Positions 45,826 to 55,137 of a stretch of DNA of 64,000 nt are shown piece after piece; within the stretch, counting starts at the first letter, position 1, and each line of letters opens with the position of its first letter. The position numbers and the translations under genes were made by a program. The notes beneath the pieces were generated by a model. That model was not told the origin of the DNA. It worked only from the letters and a program-made list of their open reading frames with translations, and ran no database searches. Origin of the DNA: a virus (lineage: Duplodnaviria > Caudoviricetes); IMG/VR virus record IMGVR_UViG_3300014204_000161, positions 1-64,000 of that record. The stretch is one strand, 5' to 3'.

Positions 45826-45890
45826 GTATGTTTAGTATTTTTGAAGTTCAGAATTATTTATTCGCGCGAAGTTCGAATAAATAATAACCC

Positions 45891-47003
45891 ATGAACAAGT
45901 ACATATTCGAATTCGCACAGTACGACAACCGACCTAAAGTTGAACAGTCATTTGGGATCCTCGGTGATATAGGCAGACGCTCCAAGTTTGGAGAACAAAC
46001 TAGCTACTTCAAACGTTTGCTTGAACAAGCAGATAAGCTAGGAATAGATGCATTCGTGTTCACGGATTTCAATTCTGCTGGTGTTACTGGTTGGAAACTT
46101 CAGCACGGCCAATGGGTCGCAGAGCAGAGAGCTCTTCCAAAAGTTTTTTACAATCGAAGCTTTAGTAGGAGAAAGAATCTCGGAGGTAAGTCAAGCACAC
46201 AGTACTTGACAGAAATGGGATGCATTCCTTTGAATTCAGCAGGTTTCAGGAAATTAGCCCTAGACAAGCACATGACTTACTCTAGCTTGGTGAGCGAAAA
46301 ACTTGGAGAACTAGGTCTTCCGTACACTGAAAAATTCAAACCGGAAAGTTTAGTTCCATTTATGACTGAACGAGCTAATGCAATACTTAAGCCAAGATTC
46401 GGTTCTGGAGGAAAGGGCATTATTAAGCTTAGCAAGAACGGCAAAGGTTATGAGCTTCAGTACAAGGATAACGTTCTTACTTGTCCAGAAGACCAACTGC
46501 TCGAAAGAATTGAATCCATTAGGCAGAAAATGAAAACAGCGGACCGTCTCTACATAATTCAAGAGTACATTGCCCTCCCTAAATTCCAGGATTCAGTTTT
46601 TGACGTTCGAGTAATTTACCAGAAAGGGCCAGATGGAAAACCGTATAGGACCGGAATGGCAGCCAGGGTTGCTGCTCCTAACCGAGTGACTGCAAACTTA
46701 CATCAGGGCGGAGGAAAAGCTCCATTGAGCTCAATATTAGAAAGTCTATTCAATCAGGACATGAACGGCCCAATCGCAAATTCTATTCGTGAGTATTCAA
46801 AAAATATCTTCGAGATCCTCGATAAAAAAGTAGGTCCAATCGGAGAGGTCGGAATAGACTTTCTGATCGATCAAGCAGGAAAGGTACACCTAGTGGAAGT
46901 AAATTCCGTTCCCGGGCGGAATCTGTTCAAAATATTGCCGAAAATTCGAGAGGCGGCCATCCGCCGCCCGGTCGAGTACGCTAAGTACTTACTGACCAAA
47001 TAG
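45891..47003 (+). CDS. YheC/YheD-like ATP-grasp protein
   Basis: 'LKPRFGSGGKGI', 'IIQEYI', 'FDVR', 'NLHQGG', 'GIDFLID', 'EVNSVPG'. Confidence 0.8.
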   Translation: MNKYIFEFAQYDNRPKVEQSFGILGDIGRRSKFGEQTSYFKRLLEQADKLGIDAFVFTDFNSAGVTGWKLQHGQWVAEQRALPKVFYNRSFSRRKNLGGKSSTQYLTEMGCIPLNSAGFRKLALDKHMTYSSLVSEKLGELGLPYTEKFKPESLVPFMTERANAILKPRFGSGGKGIIKLSKNGKGYELQYKDNVLTCPEDQLLERIESIRQKMKTADRLYIIQEYIALPKFQDSVFDVRVIYQKGPDGKPYRTGMAARVAAPNRVTANLHQGGGKAPLSSILESLFNQDMNGPIANSIREYSKNIFEILDKKVGPIGEVGIDFLIDQAGKVHLVEVNSVPGRNLFKILPKIREAAIRRPVEYAKYLLTK

Positions 47004-47030
47004 AAAAAGAGAGCAAGTTGCTCTCTTTTT
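47004..47030. terminator. bidirectional terminator
   Basis: A5-GAGAGC-N5-GCTCTC-T5. Confidence 0.75.
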
Positions 47031-47061
47031 CTGTTTGAACTGGATGTTCGAACTATCTTCA

Positions 47062-47283
47062 CTATAGAATTTCAATAGCGTCTCCGCTTTTCAGCTTCGT
47101 GTGTGCCTGCTTTCTCTCATTCATGTCCATATCAACGTACTTTTTCCAGTACTTTTCGCAGACATCATTCATAAAATAATAAGCATCGCTGTTGGTCATG
47201 TAAAGGTTGAAGGATTCAAAATCGGAAATCTTCGCCATGTGACAAATACTTTCCAGTGTCAAGTATCTCTTGTTGAATCCCAT
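47062..47283 (-). CDS. small hypothetical protein
   Basis: 'MGFNKRYL' N-terminus. Confidence 0.65.
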   Translation of the reverse strand: MGFNKRYLTLESICHMAKISDFESFNLYMTNSDAYYFMNDVCEKYWKKYVDMDMNERKQAHTKLKSGDAIEIL

Positions 47284-47288
47284 GTTCC

Positions 47289-47912
47289 TTATTCTTCTTT
47301 TTCAGCAGGGGCTTCCATTGTCTGAGGAGTGGTGTCTGGATTGTGGTCCAGTTTAGCATTCGCTTTTTCCATTTCGCGAAGCATGTTGATCTGTTCGTCA
47401 AGCGACCTCAGTTCCATCATGACATTGTTCATGTTCATGGCGATACGGAAGAGTCTCTGTGCGGCTTCGAGGCCGGAACAGGTATGACGGTTGATGAAGA
47501 ATGCGCAAGCTTCGATTGCTGCGGCCTGGACAACGATTGCGTCTGTCTGCTTTTCTGCTTCCTGACGGGCAACTGCTGAAGAGAAGCCGAGGAAACAATT
47601 CATGAGCATGAAAGCTTCGTTCGGTCCGGTAACTTCGAATTTTCCCTGACAAGCATTCTTAATCCACTTGGCATCGGCTGCTTCCATTTTGACCTGCCAG
47701 AAACCGGTTCTGCGAGCGATTATTTTTTCGAGTTCGGTCTTTCCTTCATCGGGATCGACTGCTTCAGTTGGAGGAGCATCTCCTGGGTCGGTTGGTAAAA
47801 TTTCTTCGGCAGAGTTCTCTGAACCTGGAACGATTTCTGGAATAGTCGCGGTTTCGACAGTATCTTCCTGATCGCCAACTGGAATCTGGTCAGTAATAAG
47901 TTGTTCGGACAT
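47289..47912 (-). CDS. hypothetical protein
   Basis: Acidic termini, helical core. Confidence 0.75.
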   Translation of the reverse strand: MSEQLITDQIPVGDQEDTVETATIPEIVPGSENSAEEILPTDPGDAPPTEAVDPDEGKTELEKIIARRTGFWQVKMEAADAKWIKNACQGKFEVTGPNEAFMLMNCFLGFSSAVARQEAEKQTDAIVVQAAAIEACAFFINRHTCSGLEAAQRLFRIAMNMNNVMMELRSLDEQINMLREMEKANAKLDHNPDTTPQTMEAPAEKEE

Positions 47913-47964
47913 GTTGATTTGAATTTATAAGTTTGTACTTAGAAATGAATTCAAAGTTTTCGAA

Positions 47965-48699
47965 TTACAGCAAGTAAGGACACTTTTTACCGAATTCGTC
48001 ACGGTTAATGTACTCTGTCAAGTATGGAATTAGACTATTGGTTTCGATATGGTGTTTGAACCATTCCGGCATGTGTCCTATAAAATTCTCGTACACAGTA
48101 AAGTATAGGTGAGCTAGTTCAGGCTTCTTCAGTTTGAAGTTTTCCATTGCCAATAGTACTGGCCCGTTACTAGTAGTACCAACTCTGAACCGTAATAGGT
48201 CGGATTTAAGTGAACTGTGTAATGACTCAGCTACTTGCTGTAAGTTACTTAGTTCAGGCAATCTATTCAGATTCAAGTGAACTGCTTTTCCATCAATGAT
48301 CTTTCTTACTCCGAATACTTTCCCCTCATGACAAGCGACCTGGTATTGGTCCTTTATTTTTGGACGATTGAAGTAAAGAGATCCCTTTTGCAAAGGAGCA
48401 GCATTGATGTGCCGGTGAGTTGTGAAAGTCTTGATTTCTGAAACCGGTGAAAGAACCGTAATTGGGGTGCTCAGTCGATTAGTGCTCAATCTGTTCGATA
48501 CGTATTTTGGAATGAATGACGACCCAGGAAAGCGATTGAACACCTGATAAGTTGAGAATGCATTGTCTTTTATTTCGATAACGACCTCAGCTGACCTATC
48601 TCCGAACAGTTCAGGCATGTCATTAGACTCACCAACCATTCCAATTTTTTTCGAAAAGGTCTCGATAGTCGGTTGAAATGTTGCGAAAGTTTCTATCAT
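47965..48699 (-). CDS. hypothetical protein, possibly degenerate ATP-grasp
   Basis: ATGA-coupled to 48696-51059; 'DQYQVACHEGKVFGVRK'. Confidence 0.6.
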   Translation of the reverse strand: MIETFATFQPTIETFSKKIGMVGESNDMPELFGDRSAEVVIEIKDNAFSTYQVFNRFPGSSFIPKYVSNRLSTNRLSTPITVLSPVSEIKTFTTHRHINAAPLQKGSLYFNRPKIKDQYQVACHEGKVFGVRKIIDGKAVHLNLNRLPELSNLQQVAESLHSSLKSDLLRFRVGTTSNGPVLLAMENFKLKKPELAHLYFTVYENFIGHMPEWFKHHIETNSLIPYLTEYINRDEFGKKCPYLL

Positions 48700-51059
48700 C
48701 GTATTGTCGTTAATTTTCCAATTTTGAGAAATGACTCGTTTGCTTGTGGAGGAGGCTCGCTAGCATTGATTACTTCTGGCGGCATCGTATTATTTTGCCA
48801 ATGTTCCATTATTCTCTGTTTGAAACCAGGTCGTTCGGCTTCTGTTAATTCTCCTGCTGCTACCATTTTGTCGAGAGTCACGTCTAATCTAGAACTCTTT
48901 TCAGCGTTCGGATCAATTTGACCATCGTACGTTACGATGTCAGAAAAGTAAGCCTTAACCACTGGGCTTTCGCTAGCTAGAGGGTGTTGAGCATCGACGT
49001 TCGTATCCTGTTTCAGTACACTTAGAACGCCCTTCGTGTAGTTATTCAAGTTAGATTGTTCCCATTCTTCAGGATTATGTAAAGGAGTTTCAACTGTTCC
49101 TTTCTTCCAAGCCATGTTATTCGTATCAATGATTGCTCCAACTTGACTCGATTTTACAGTGCTCAAATCCAAGCAAGGATTCTTAGAATCAGTTTTCTGT
49201 TTCAGTTCGTTAGCCGCTCTGTCAGCTTCTTGCTGGGCTTCTATGATCTTCTGGTATGTTGCCGGGTCAGAAGTCTTTAATTGATTCAAATCTTCTTGAG
49301 AAATTGCAGTTTCATCCTGTTCCAAGATAGGAACGGTGCTAAGTATTTCTGAAATAGCTTGCGTTGCTTTTTTCATTCCGACTTGTCCAACTGTACTAGC
49401 CGCATCTCCTAGCGAATCAGCAGAGGACACGTACTTACCGCAATCAGTTCCTTTAAGTAAGCTCTTTAATAAAAAGATTGGAAGCCTACTTTTCACGAAG
49501 CCTATGTGATATAAGCTACCGAATTTTAGGGCTTTCCCAGAAAATGATTTGAATGTATCTGCTCCTTTTATGAGAGCTTCTGGAACTTCCTTGAATAAAG
49601 TAAGAGTCTTTGCTATTTCGGGAGAATTTTTGGAAATCAACTTAAAGAAGGCAGGATCAGCCACCATTTTTTCCATTACCTTTCCGAGTTCCTCTGGACT
49701 TCCTTTCTTTATGGCATTTGCAAGCATTTTATCCGCGCCCTTCCAAGTTTTACCGGAAGCTAATGTTTGCATTAGTTTCTTGTTCTTGGTGATGCTAAGA
49801 AGACCTGTCTTCTTGCTTAGGATGTTTGCTACGAGGTCTTTTGCTGCATCATTGATGATCCAGTTATCTCTTACTGCTTTGTTCGTAACGTTTGGAAATA
49901 GCTTATCGAACTTTGCAGCAGAATTGGCCATAACTTCGGTTTGAAAGTCAGCGATATTTCCAGCCTTTTTTAGTATTCCTTGTTCAGCAGATGTTCTAGA
50001 CATAGCTGCTTGACTTTTGTTTAGAGTACGACCTGCTTGTTTTGCTTTGAGTGCAGCTTGATCAACTGCTGCTTGTCCTACGTCTGTTGCTGCTTTCTGT
50101 ACGGTCTTTTCTGCGCCTACTGCTGCTTTTCCAGAAAGAAGTTCTTTACTAGCAATGTCTGCTTCTTTTCCTAATGTCGTAAGTTTGGCAACCATGTTAT
50201 CGAAAGCTGAAACTAATTTGGTAGAATACTTTGTTAAATCGACAGCTCCACCAGTTATTTTCTTAACCGCATTGATCACGGCAGGGACGATGGACTTCAT
50301 CAGCTTTGCACCGGTTTGCCCGATCCATTTAGCTACAGTAGCAAGCATATTTCCTAGCATCTTTATGACGCTTGGATTCTTTATTTGCGTTTTTGCAACG
50401 TTTGCTGCAGCAGTTCCTCCACCTGCTCTAACTAATAGACTTCCAATTTTCGCAAGAGCCTTACCGAAAGTTTTTCCAGCGATTTTTAACGGAGCAGCAA
50501 ATAGAGCTCCAGTAGGAATTACTGCGACTAAATTTATGAGACCCATTAGGTACTCATTGTTGTAAAAGTAAATACCTGCATTAAGAAGGTTAGCAACGAT
50601 GTCAGTCGGAATTCCTACCAATGAAGCTGGAATCAATCCTACTATGTCCAAGAAAAATTGAAATACTCCCAATGGATTGAATCTATCTTCGCTATTGGTC
50701 ATCTTTTTTAAGAACGACCATATTGAGGTTATGAGGTTTTCGTTAATTACTTTCAAGGAAGCTAACGTGGCTTCGTATGTCTTACTCTCGGTCAGAGCTA
50801 CGGTTGAATAACCTGCTTGAAGAAGTCGATTTTCGTTGACTGTTATGACTTGAATTGAAGGAAAGGCACTAAGCAGATAGACTTGATGGTCATCAACCCT
50901 GTCCTGTTCGCTTTCGGACAGTTCTTTTCCTGGAAATGAAAATGTTGGAATGCGATCTAGAGCTTCCCATGGCATTTTTAGGAAAGCTTCTCTGATCGGA
51001 GCTAGAATTTGGGTATCGTCCTGATTGAAAAACTCCTTTACTGATAATACGTGATTCAT
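48696..51059 (-). CDS. 787-aa late protein with pre-toxin-TG-like hydrophobic hairpin
   Basis: 'FLDIVGLIP...TDIVANLLNAGIYF..NEYLMGLINLVAVIP'; 'LSVKEFFN'; ATAAATA at 51081-51087. Confidence 0.7.
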   Translation of the reverse strand: MNHVLSVKEFFNQDDTQILAPIREAFLKMPWEALDRIPTFSFPGKELSESEQDRVDDHQVYLLSAFPSIQVITVNENRLLQAGYSTVALTESKTYEATLASLKVINENLITSIWSFLKKMTNSEDRFNPLGVFQFFLDIVGLIPASLVGIPTDIVANLLNAGIYFYNNEYLMGLINLVAVIPTGALFAAPLKIAGKTFGKALAKIGSLLVRAGGGTAAANVAKTQIKNPSVIKMLGNMLATVAKWIGQTGAKLMKSIVPAVINAVKKITGGAVDLTKYSTKLVSAFDNMVAKLTTLGKEADIASKELLSGKAAVGAEKTVQKAATDVGQAAVDQAALKAKQAGRTLNKSQAAMSRTSAEQGILKKAGNIADFQTEVMANSAAKFDKLFPNVTNKAVRDNWIINDAAKDLVANILSKKTGLLSITKNKKLMQTLASGKTWKGADKMLANAIKKGSPEELGKVMEKMVADPAFFKLISKNSPEIAKTLTLFKEVPEALIKGADTFKSFSGKALKFGSLYHIGFVKSRLPIFLLKSLLKGTDCGKYVSSADSLGDAASTVGQVGMKKATQAISEILSTVPILEQDETAISQEDLNQLKTSDPATYQKIIEAQQEADRAANELKQKTDSKNPCLDLSTVKSSQVGAIIDTNNMAWKKGTVETPLHNPEEWEQSNLNNYTKGVLSVLKQDTNVDAQHPLASESPVVKAYFSDIVTYDGQIDPNAEKSSRLDVTLDKMVAAGELTEAERPGFKQRIMEHWQNNTMPPEVINASEPPPQANESFLKIGKLTTIR

Positions 51060-51101
51060 TTACAGATGAGTCATTTGTATTATTTATTAGGAGGACCCCA
51101 A

Positions 51102-52169
51102 TTAAAGTGAGCTCGCTATCTGTGATAGGATTTTGAAATAATCGGCTGGGGAACATTCTGCTAAGAACTTGCAGATTTCGAAGAACTCATCAGCTGTTTC
51201 GAATGCCATTGCTGGATGATGTGATTTCTTGTAAGAAACAGGGATCACACCTGCGATGATTGATTCATACACTCTTGCTGGAGTGAAGTTCTTTTCAATG
51301 TACAGGTCCTTGCTCACGTTGACTGATACCAGGGATGATTGTAGCATTGCCCAAATAGCTTCACGATTGGATCTCGGAACCAATTCAACTCTTGGCATCT
51401 TTTCGATCCAATCCTTGAGGTACGGAGTTTCCTTAGCGGCTACCGTCATTTTGAAAGTTGACTGATCGAACATGAAAACGTCGTTCGTACGTTCGATGAT
51501 CTCATTGATGATTGGATTCTTGTAGTGGCCCTGCTTGTAATTTTCGAAGGAAAGGTTTCCGTAGTAAATGATATTTAGACCCTTTTTTGTTGCTCCTTTT
51601 TGGTTGACTTCCATGCACGAGGCAAGGAATTTCTGACCTATTCCAGGAACGTCAATCGATGGAACGATGACAGGTATTTTAAGCTTGAAGATTCTTTCGA
51701 GAAATTGTGGGCTCAATGACATGTCTGTATCGACAATGATGATGTCCGCTGGAGCATAGCCATTCGACAGAGCGTACTGAATTATGGTTTCAAATCGGTA
51801 CGCATCGGTGATTTTCTTTTCGAGTGTTGAGAGATTTCTGAACCTGGCCTTTAAGAAGAGCTTTTGATATACTTTATTGCTGATGTTCTTGAGAACTTCT
51901 GAATAAGTCATTCGGTATTTGTCAATGAGGCGATCAGTATGTGTGGTAAAAATCTGACCGTAAATGCCATCTGGGAATTTTGGTCGGCTGTCAGGTACTG
52001 ATTCGATGTCCAAATAATTGTAGAAATCGAAATTTTCGAATTGATACTTTTCAGCGAGTGCATCCAGTAAACCTACTTGGTAGAATGAATGACCTGGAAT
52101 ATTATTGTTGAAGTAACCGAGCTCACCAAAGTAAGTGTATAAGCATTTAGTCTTGTCAAGTTCAAGCAT
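51102..52169 (-). CDS. GT-B glycosyltransferase, T4 beta-glucosyltransferase-like C-terminus
   Basis: 'NIIYYGN...SVNVSKDLYIEKNFTPARVYESIIAG'. Confidence 0.6.
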   Translation of the reverse strand: MLELDKTKCLYTYFGELGYFNNNIPGHSFYQVGLLDALAEKYQFENFDFYNYLDIESVPDSRPKFPDGIYGQIFTTHTDRLIDKYRMTYSEVLKNISNKVYQKLFLKARFRNLSTLEKKITDAYRFETIIQYALSNGYAPADIIIVDTDMSLSPQFLERIFKLKIPVIVPSIDVPGIGQKFLASCMEVNQKGATKKGLNIIYYGNLSFENYKQGHYKNPIINEIIERTNDVFMFDQSTFKMTVAAKETPYLKDWIEKMPRVELVPRSNREAIWAMLQSSLVSVNVSKDLYIEKNFTPARVYESIIAGVIPVSYKKSHHPAMAFETADEFFEICKFLAECSPADYFKILSQIASSL

Positions 52170-52413
52170 TTGTATTATGATTTTTCTGATGAAACTTCTT
52201 TTCTGGAAACATTCGTCCTGCTAAAAACATGTTTACTAAGCCCTTTTGTAAAAACTTATGCTGAGTTTCATCAGTCACCTGTGCTCTAGTAAGAATGTCA
52301 TCTGCAATTGAATAGAGTATAGTGAACTCGGCAGCTTCTCCAGTTACCTGTGGTGCCAATTCAAAAATTAAGTGTCGAACTCGTTCAACTATTCCAAGTA
52401 AATCATTTTCCAT
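52162..52413 (-). CDS. hypothetical protein
   Basis: Packed between the methyltransferase and glycosyltransferase. Confidence 0.65.
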   Translation of the reverse strand: MENDLLGIVERVRHLIFELAPQVTGEAAEFTILYSIADDILTRAQVTDETQHKFLQKGLVNMFLAGRMFPEKKFHQKNHNTNA

Positions 52414-52417
52414 TCTA

Positions 52418-53218
52418 TCAGATATTTTTGAAAGCAGCGAAGTGAGTAATGAAATGCTTGTGATTCGCAGCTCTTGTGTTAACGTACACCCTTTCGAAAT
52501 TATCGGTCATGATCTGCATGATTTCGGCAAATTTCGATTCGCGATTCTCAAGAAGCCAGCTGTAATGGAAATGGTACTCGACAATGATGAGCTTGATGTT
52601 GCTCCAATCGCGTACGGCTTTGATAGTTTCGTATTCCATTCCTTCGATGTCCATCTTCACGCAATTGACCTTCTTTAGAACATCATTTATGTTCTCGGCT
52701 GGAACGACCATAATTTCACGGCCTTTGACCGGATGCACACTATGTTTTCCGGAATCGTGGGAAAGGAAGAATTCAACATTTGGAGAATCGTCCACAACGA
52801 TTGCTTTTTCGACCAATTCGCAACGACCTTCAACTCCATTCATTTCTAAATTCTGCTGTGCGAACTCGATGTTGTTATGGAAAGGTTCGTATGCGTACAC
52901 CTTACGAATACGTGGAAATTGGGTCAGCATTCTGACTGCGAATATTCCGATGTGAGCACCCGCGTCCAACCAAGTATCTTCCTGATTGAGATCTTCTAGG
53001 GTCAATGATGGAAACCCCTGAGCATAATGAGGTATGAAGAGAGGTTTGAAGTACTCTCCACTAGTTGGCTTGATTGAAATATTCTGTGAAATGTTGAACT
53101 TGATCTCTTCATCCGATCTTACGAGAAAGCGATAGTCATGATATTTAGTACGTTTTTCGTACACTTGGAGAGTTCCTGCTAGTCTAGCCTCCTCTATTGA
53201 GCATAATACGTCCGCCAT
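52418..53218 (-). CDS. FkbM-family methyltransferase
   Basis: 'LDAGAHIG', 'YEP', 'VKMDIEGMEY'; GTAGTATAAT at 53240-53249. Confidence 0.85.
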   Translation of the reverse strand: MADVLCSIEEARLAGTLQVYEKRTKYHDYRFLVRSDEEIKFNISQNISIKPTSGEYFKPLFIPHYAQGFPSLTLEDLNQEDTWLDAGAHIGIFAVRMLTQFPRIRKVYAYEPFHNNIEFAQQNLEMNGVEGRCELVEKAIVVDDSPNVEFFLSHDSGKHSVHPVKGREIMVVPAENINDVLKKVNCVKMDIEGMEYETIKAVRDWSNIKLIIVEYHFHYSWLLENRESKFAEIMQIMTDNFERVYVNTRAANHKHFITHFAAFKNI

Positions 53219-53251
53219 TACAAATAGGTCTTTAGGACTATTATACTACAT

Positions 53252-53548
53252 TTACTTGTCTGGATCTAAGTCGAACGGTGTTCCCTTGATATTTACCTCG
53301 CTTTTGTTCTCTGGGTTGACTCCAGATTCTTGGTACTTGTCATCTTTTGGCTTTTCTACCTCCTTGATGTCTGTTGCTTTGACTGGAATTGCTCGGTTAT
53401 CACTAGTCATAATCTGATACTCATGGTCCATTGGGTCAACGCCAATGATCGTTCCAGATTTTCCGTCTTTAAGGATTACTTTCTGACCAGCTTTGTATTT
53501 CGAAGTCTTTGGATGAACTAAGGTTATGTCCTCAGCTTCATTTAGACT
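53252..53548 (-). CDS. -1 frame extension (~98 aa, KOW/SH3-like) of 53542-55080
   Basis: Open from the A9 run to TAA 53252 with no upstream start of its own; 'YKAGQKVILKDGKSGTIIGVD'. Confidence 0.7.
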   Translation of the reverse strand, partial: SLNEAEDITLVHPKTSKYKAGQKVILKDGKSGTIIGVDPMDHEYQIMTSDNRAIPVKATDIKEVEKPKDDKYQESGVNPENKSEVNIKGTPFDLDPDK

Positions 53549-53556
53549 TTTTTTTT
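53513..53556 (-). other. -1 ribosomal frameshift signal
   Basis: A9 slippery run at 53548-53556, 6-nt spacer, 11-bp stem-loop at 53513-53541. Confidence 0.7.
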
Positions 53557-55080
53557 GCTTTGGTCAAGTGTGATGTAATGATTCTTGAGATCAACGATGT
53601 TCTTTTCGATCGCGCTCTTAAGGTCTCCTAATTGAACTTGGTATTCAGCAGTAAGAGTCTCGTCAGTCAATGCTTCTTCGAGTTGTTTAACTGAACCTTC
53701 CAGTTTTTCGAGGTCCTTATTGATTAGAGCTTTTTCTTCGTCGATATGCTTGATCGTCATGTCACGTTCTTCTAGCTGAATTGCATAGAGTTCGCTAACA
53801 TCATAGTTGAAGTTCTCCATTACGTAACTGTGGAAAGCCAGTCCGTGCATTTTCTTTATGACTCTGGTGTTTCCAAGTTTTTCGAAAACTAACTGCTGAT
53901 CACCTACTGTGAAAACGATTGCATCTTTATCGAGGCGTTCGTTGATGATACGCTTAGCGAATTCGAGGTTTCCGATAAGTTCGAGGCCGTTGAACACCTT
54001 CACTAAGTTAGCTCTGATGTCAACTTGTTCCATCATGAACACTTGAGCAAGGTCGATCTTCGTGAGGTCTTCGATCGTTTTGTTGTTTATCTTGAGCTGT
54101 AGGTTGTTTGCTTCGTTGATTGCGAAAGCAATTTCGAGGTTCCTACCACGGCAGAAAATTTCGTTGTTTCTTTCCTGGAAATTCAATCTTGCGAAAGCTT
54201 CGCACAGTGCATAGAATTCCGGATACTTCTGAGCTTCTTCTACTGGAACGGAAACGGGATCCTGATCTTCAGTTAACTTAACGAATGCATTGTCAATCAG
54301 AACGATTGCAGAAGATTCATCTAACTTGAAGAAAGGAGCGATTACCGGCTTAACTTTTACTTCAGAATTTCCAAGGCCAATGTTGAACTTACCCTGAGTC
54401 TTAGCTTCTACCATGCTCAAGGTATTGACTAATCTTTTTACCACAGGCATTTCAACGTGACCACGCATCTTCATTTTGATGGTATCAGATTCAAACTGCT
54501 GCGCAAGAAGAGTTTCTTCAAGAATAGCAATAGGTTCCTTGTACATCATTCCGCTGGTCTGACGCATTTCGAAAATAGCGTTCATGATTTCCAGCTTTGC
54601 TCTGTTTTCGTTCACGTATTTGGTCAAGTCAGTTAGAACCTGAGCAACTTCTGGCGAATACGAGTACGGGTTGAGTGCTTCATACACCTGGCCAATTGCC
54701 CTGAATTCAGGAACGTTATTGAGCAAGTTATCGATTCCGTTCAGAATGTGAGTGAAAGTAGGATCTTTTGCGACGTTAGCTTCTTTGAGCATGGTCATCT
54801 TCATCTTAATCCCAGCTTCTTTTGCCATGTTCTGAAGACGTTTGGTTGGTTTTTCAGCTAATTTTCTGAAATTCGCAACAACTTCCTTTAGGTCCTCGTT
54901 AACCATAGCAGTAGCGAGATCGTCCAGATTGGTTAGAGCAGTTTCCAATATTTGGTCGGACGGAACTCCAAGGAGAGTGGAATTGTTAATCGATTCGAGT
55001 ATTACTCGTACGACTGCACTATCCTTAAGTTTAGGATTAGTTTTGAGCTCGGTTGTTAAATCTTGTATTAGGCCGTTCAT
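53542..55080 (-). CDS. prohead core/scaffold-like protein (tentative)
   Basis: Late promoter at 55100-55106; helical with a C-terminal coiled coil; many (I/L)xE motifs. Confidence 0.55.
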   Translation of the reverse strand: MNGLIQDLTTELKTNPKLKDSAVVRVILESINNSTLLGVPSDQILETALTNLDDLATAMVNEDLKEVVANFRKLAEKPTKRLQNMAKEAGIKMKMTMLKEANVAKDPTFTHILNGIDNLLNNVPEFRAIGQVYEALNPYSYSPEVAQVLTDLTKYVNENRAKLEIMNAIFEMRQTSGMMYKEPIAILEETLLAQQFESDTIKMKMRGHVEMPVVKRLVNTLSMVEAKTQGKFNIGLGNSEVKVKPVIAPFFKLDESSAIVLIDNAFVKLTEDQDPVSVPVEEAQKYPEFYALCEAFARLNFQERNNEIFCRGRNLEIAFAINEANNLQLKINNKTIEDLTKIDLAQVFMMEQVDIRANLVKVFNGLELIGNLEFAKRIINERLDKDAIVFTVGDQQLVFEKLGNTRVIKKMHGLAFHSYVMENFNYDVSELYAIQLEERDMTIKHIDEEKALINKDLEKLEGSVKQLEEALTDETLTAEYQVQLGDLKSAIEKNIVDLKNHYITLDQSKKKV

Positions 55081-55137
55081 TCAATTAGCTATCTTTTTTT
55101 ATTTATTAGCACTGAGTACGCTAACTTTATTTATCCT

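Larger units (their letters stand above)
17416..53249 (-). promoter_or_regulatory. third promoter class with TATAAT-type -10 (GTAGTATAAT; TTTCTAAAA-N6-TATAA)
   Basis: GTAGTATAAT at 17416, 18393, 28147, 43941 and 53240; AAACCG(A/T)TTTCTAAAA-N6-TATAA at 36711-36738 and 37655-37682. Confidence 0.6.
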
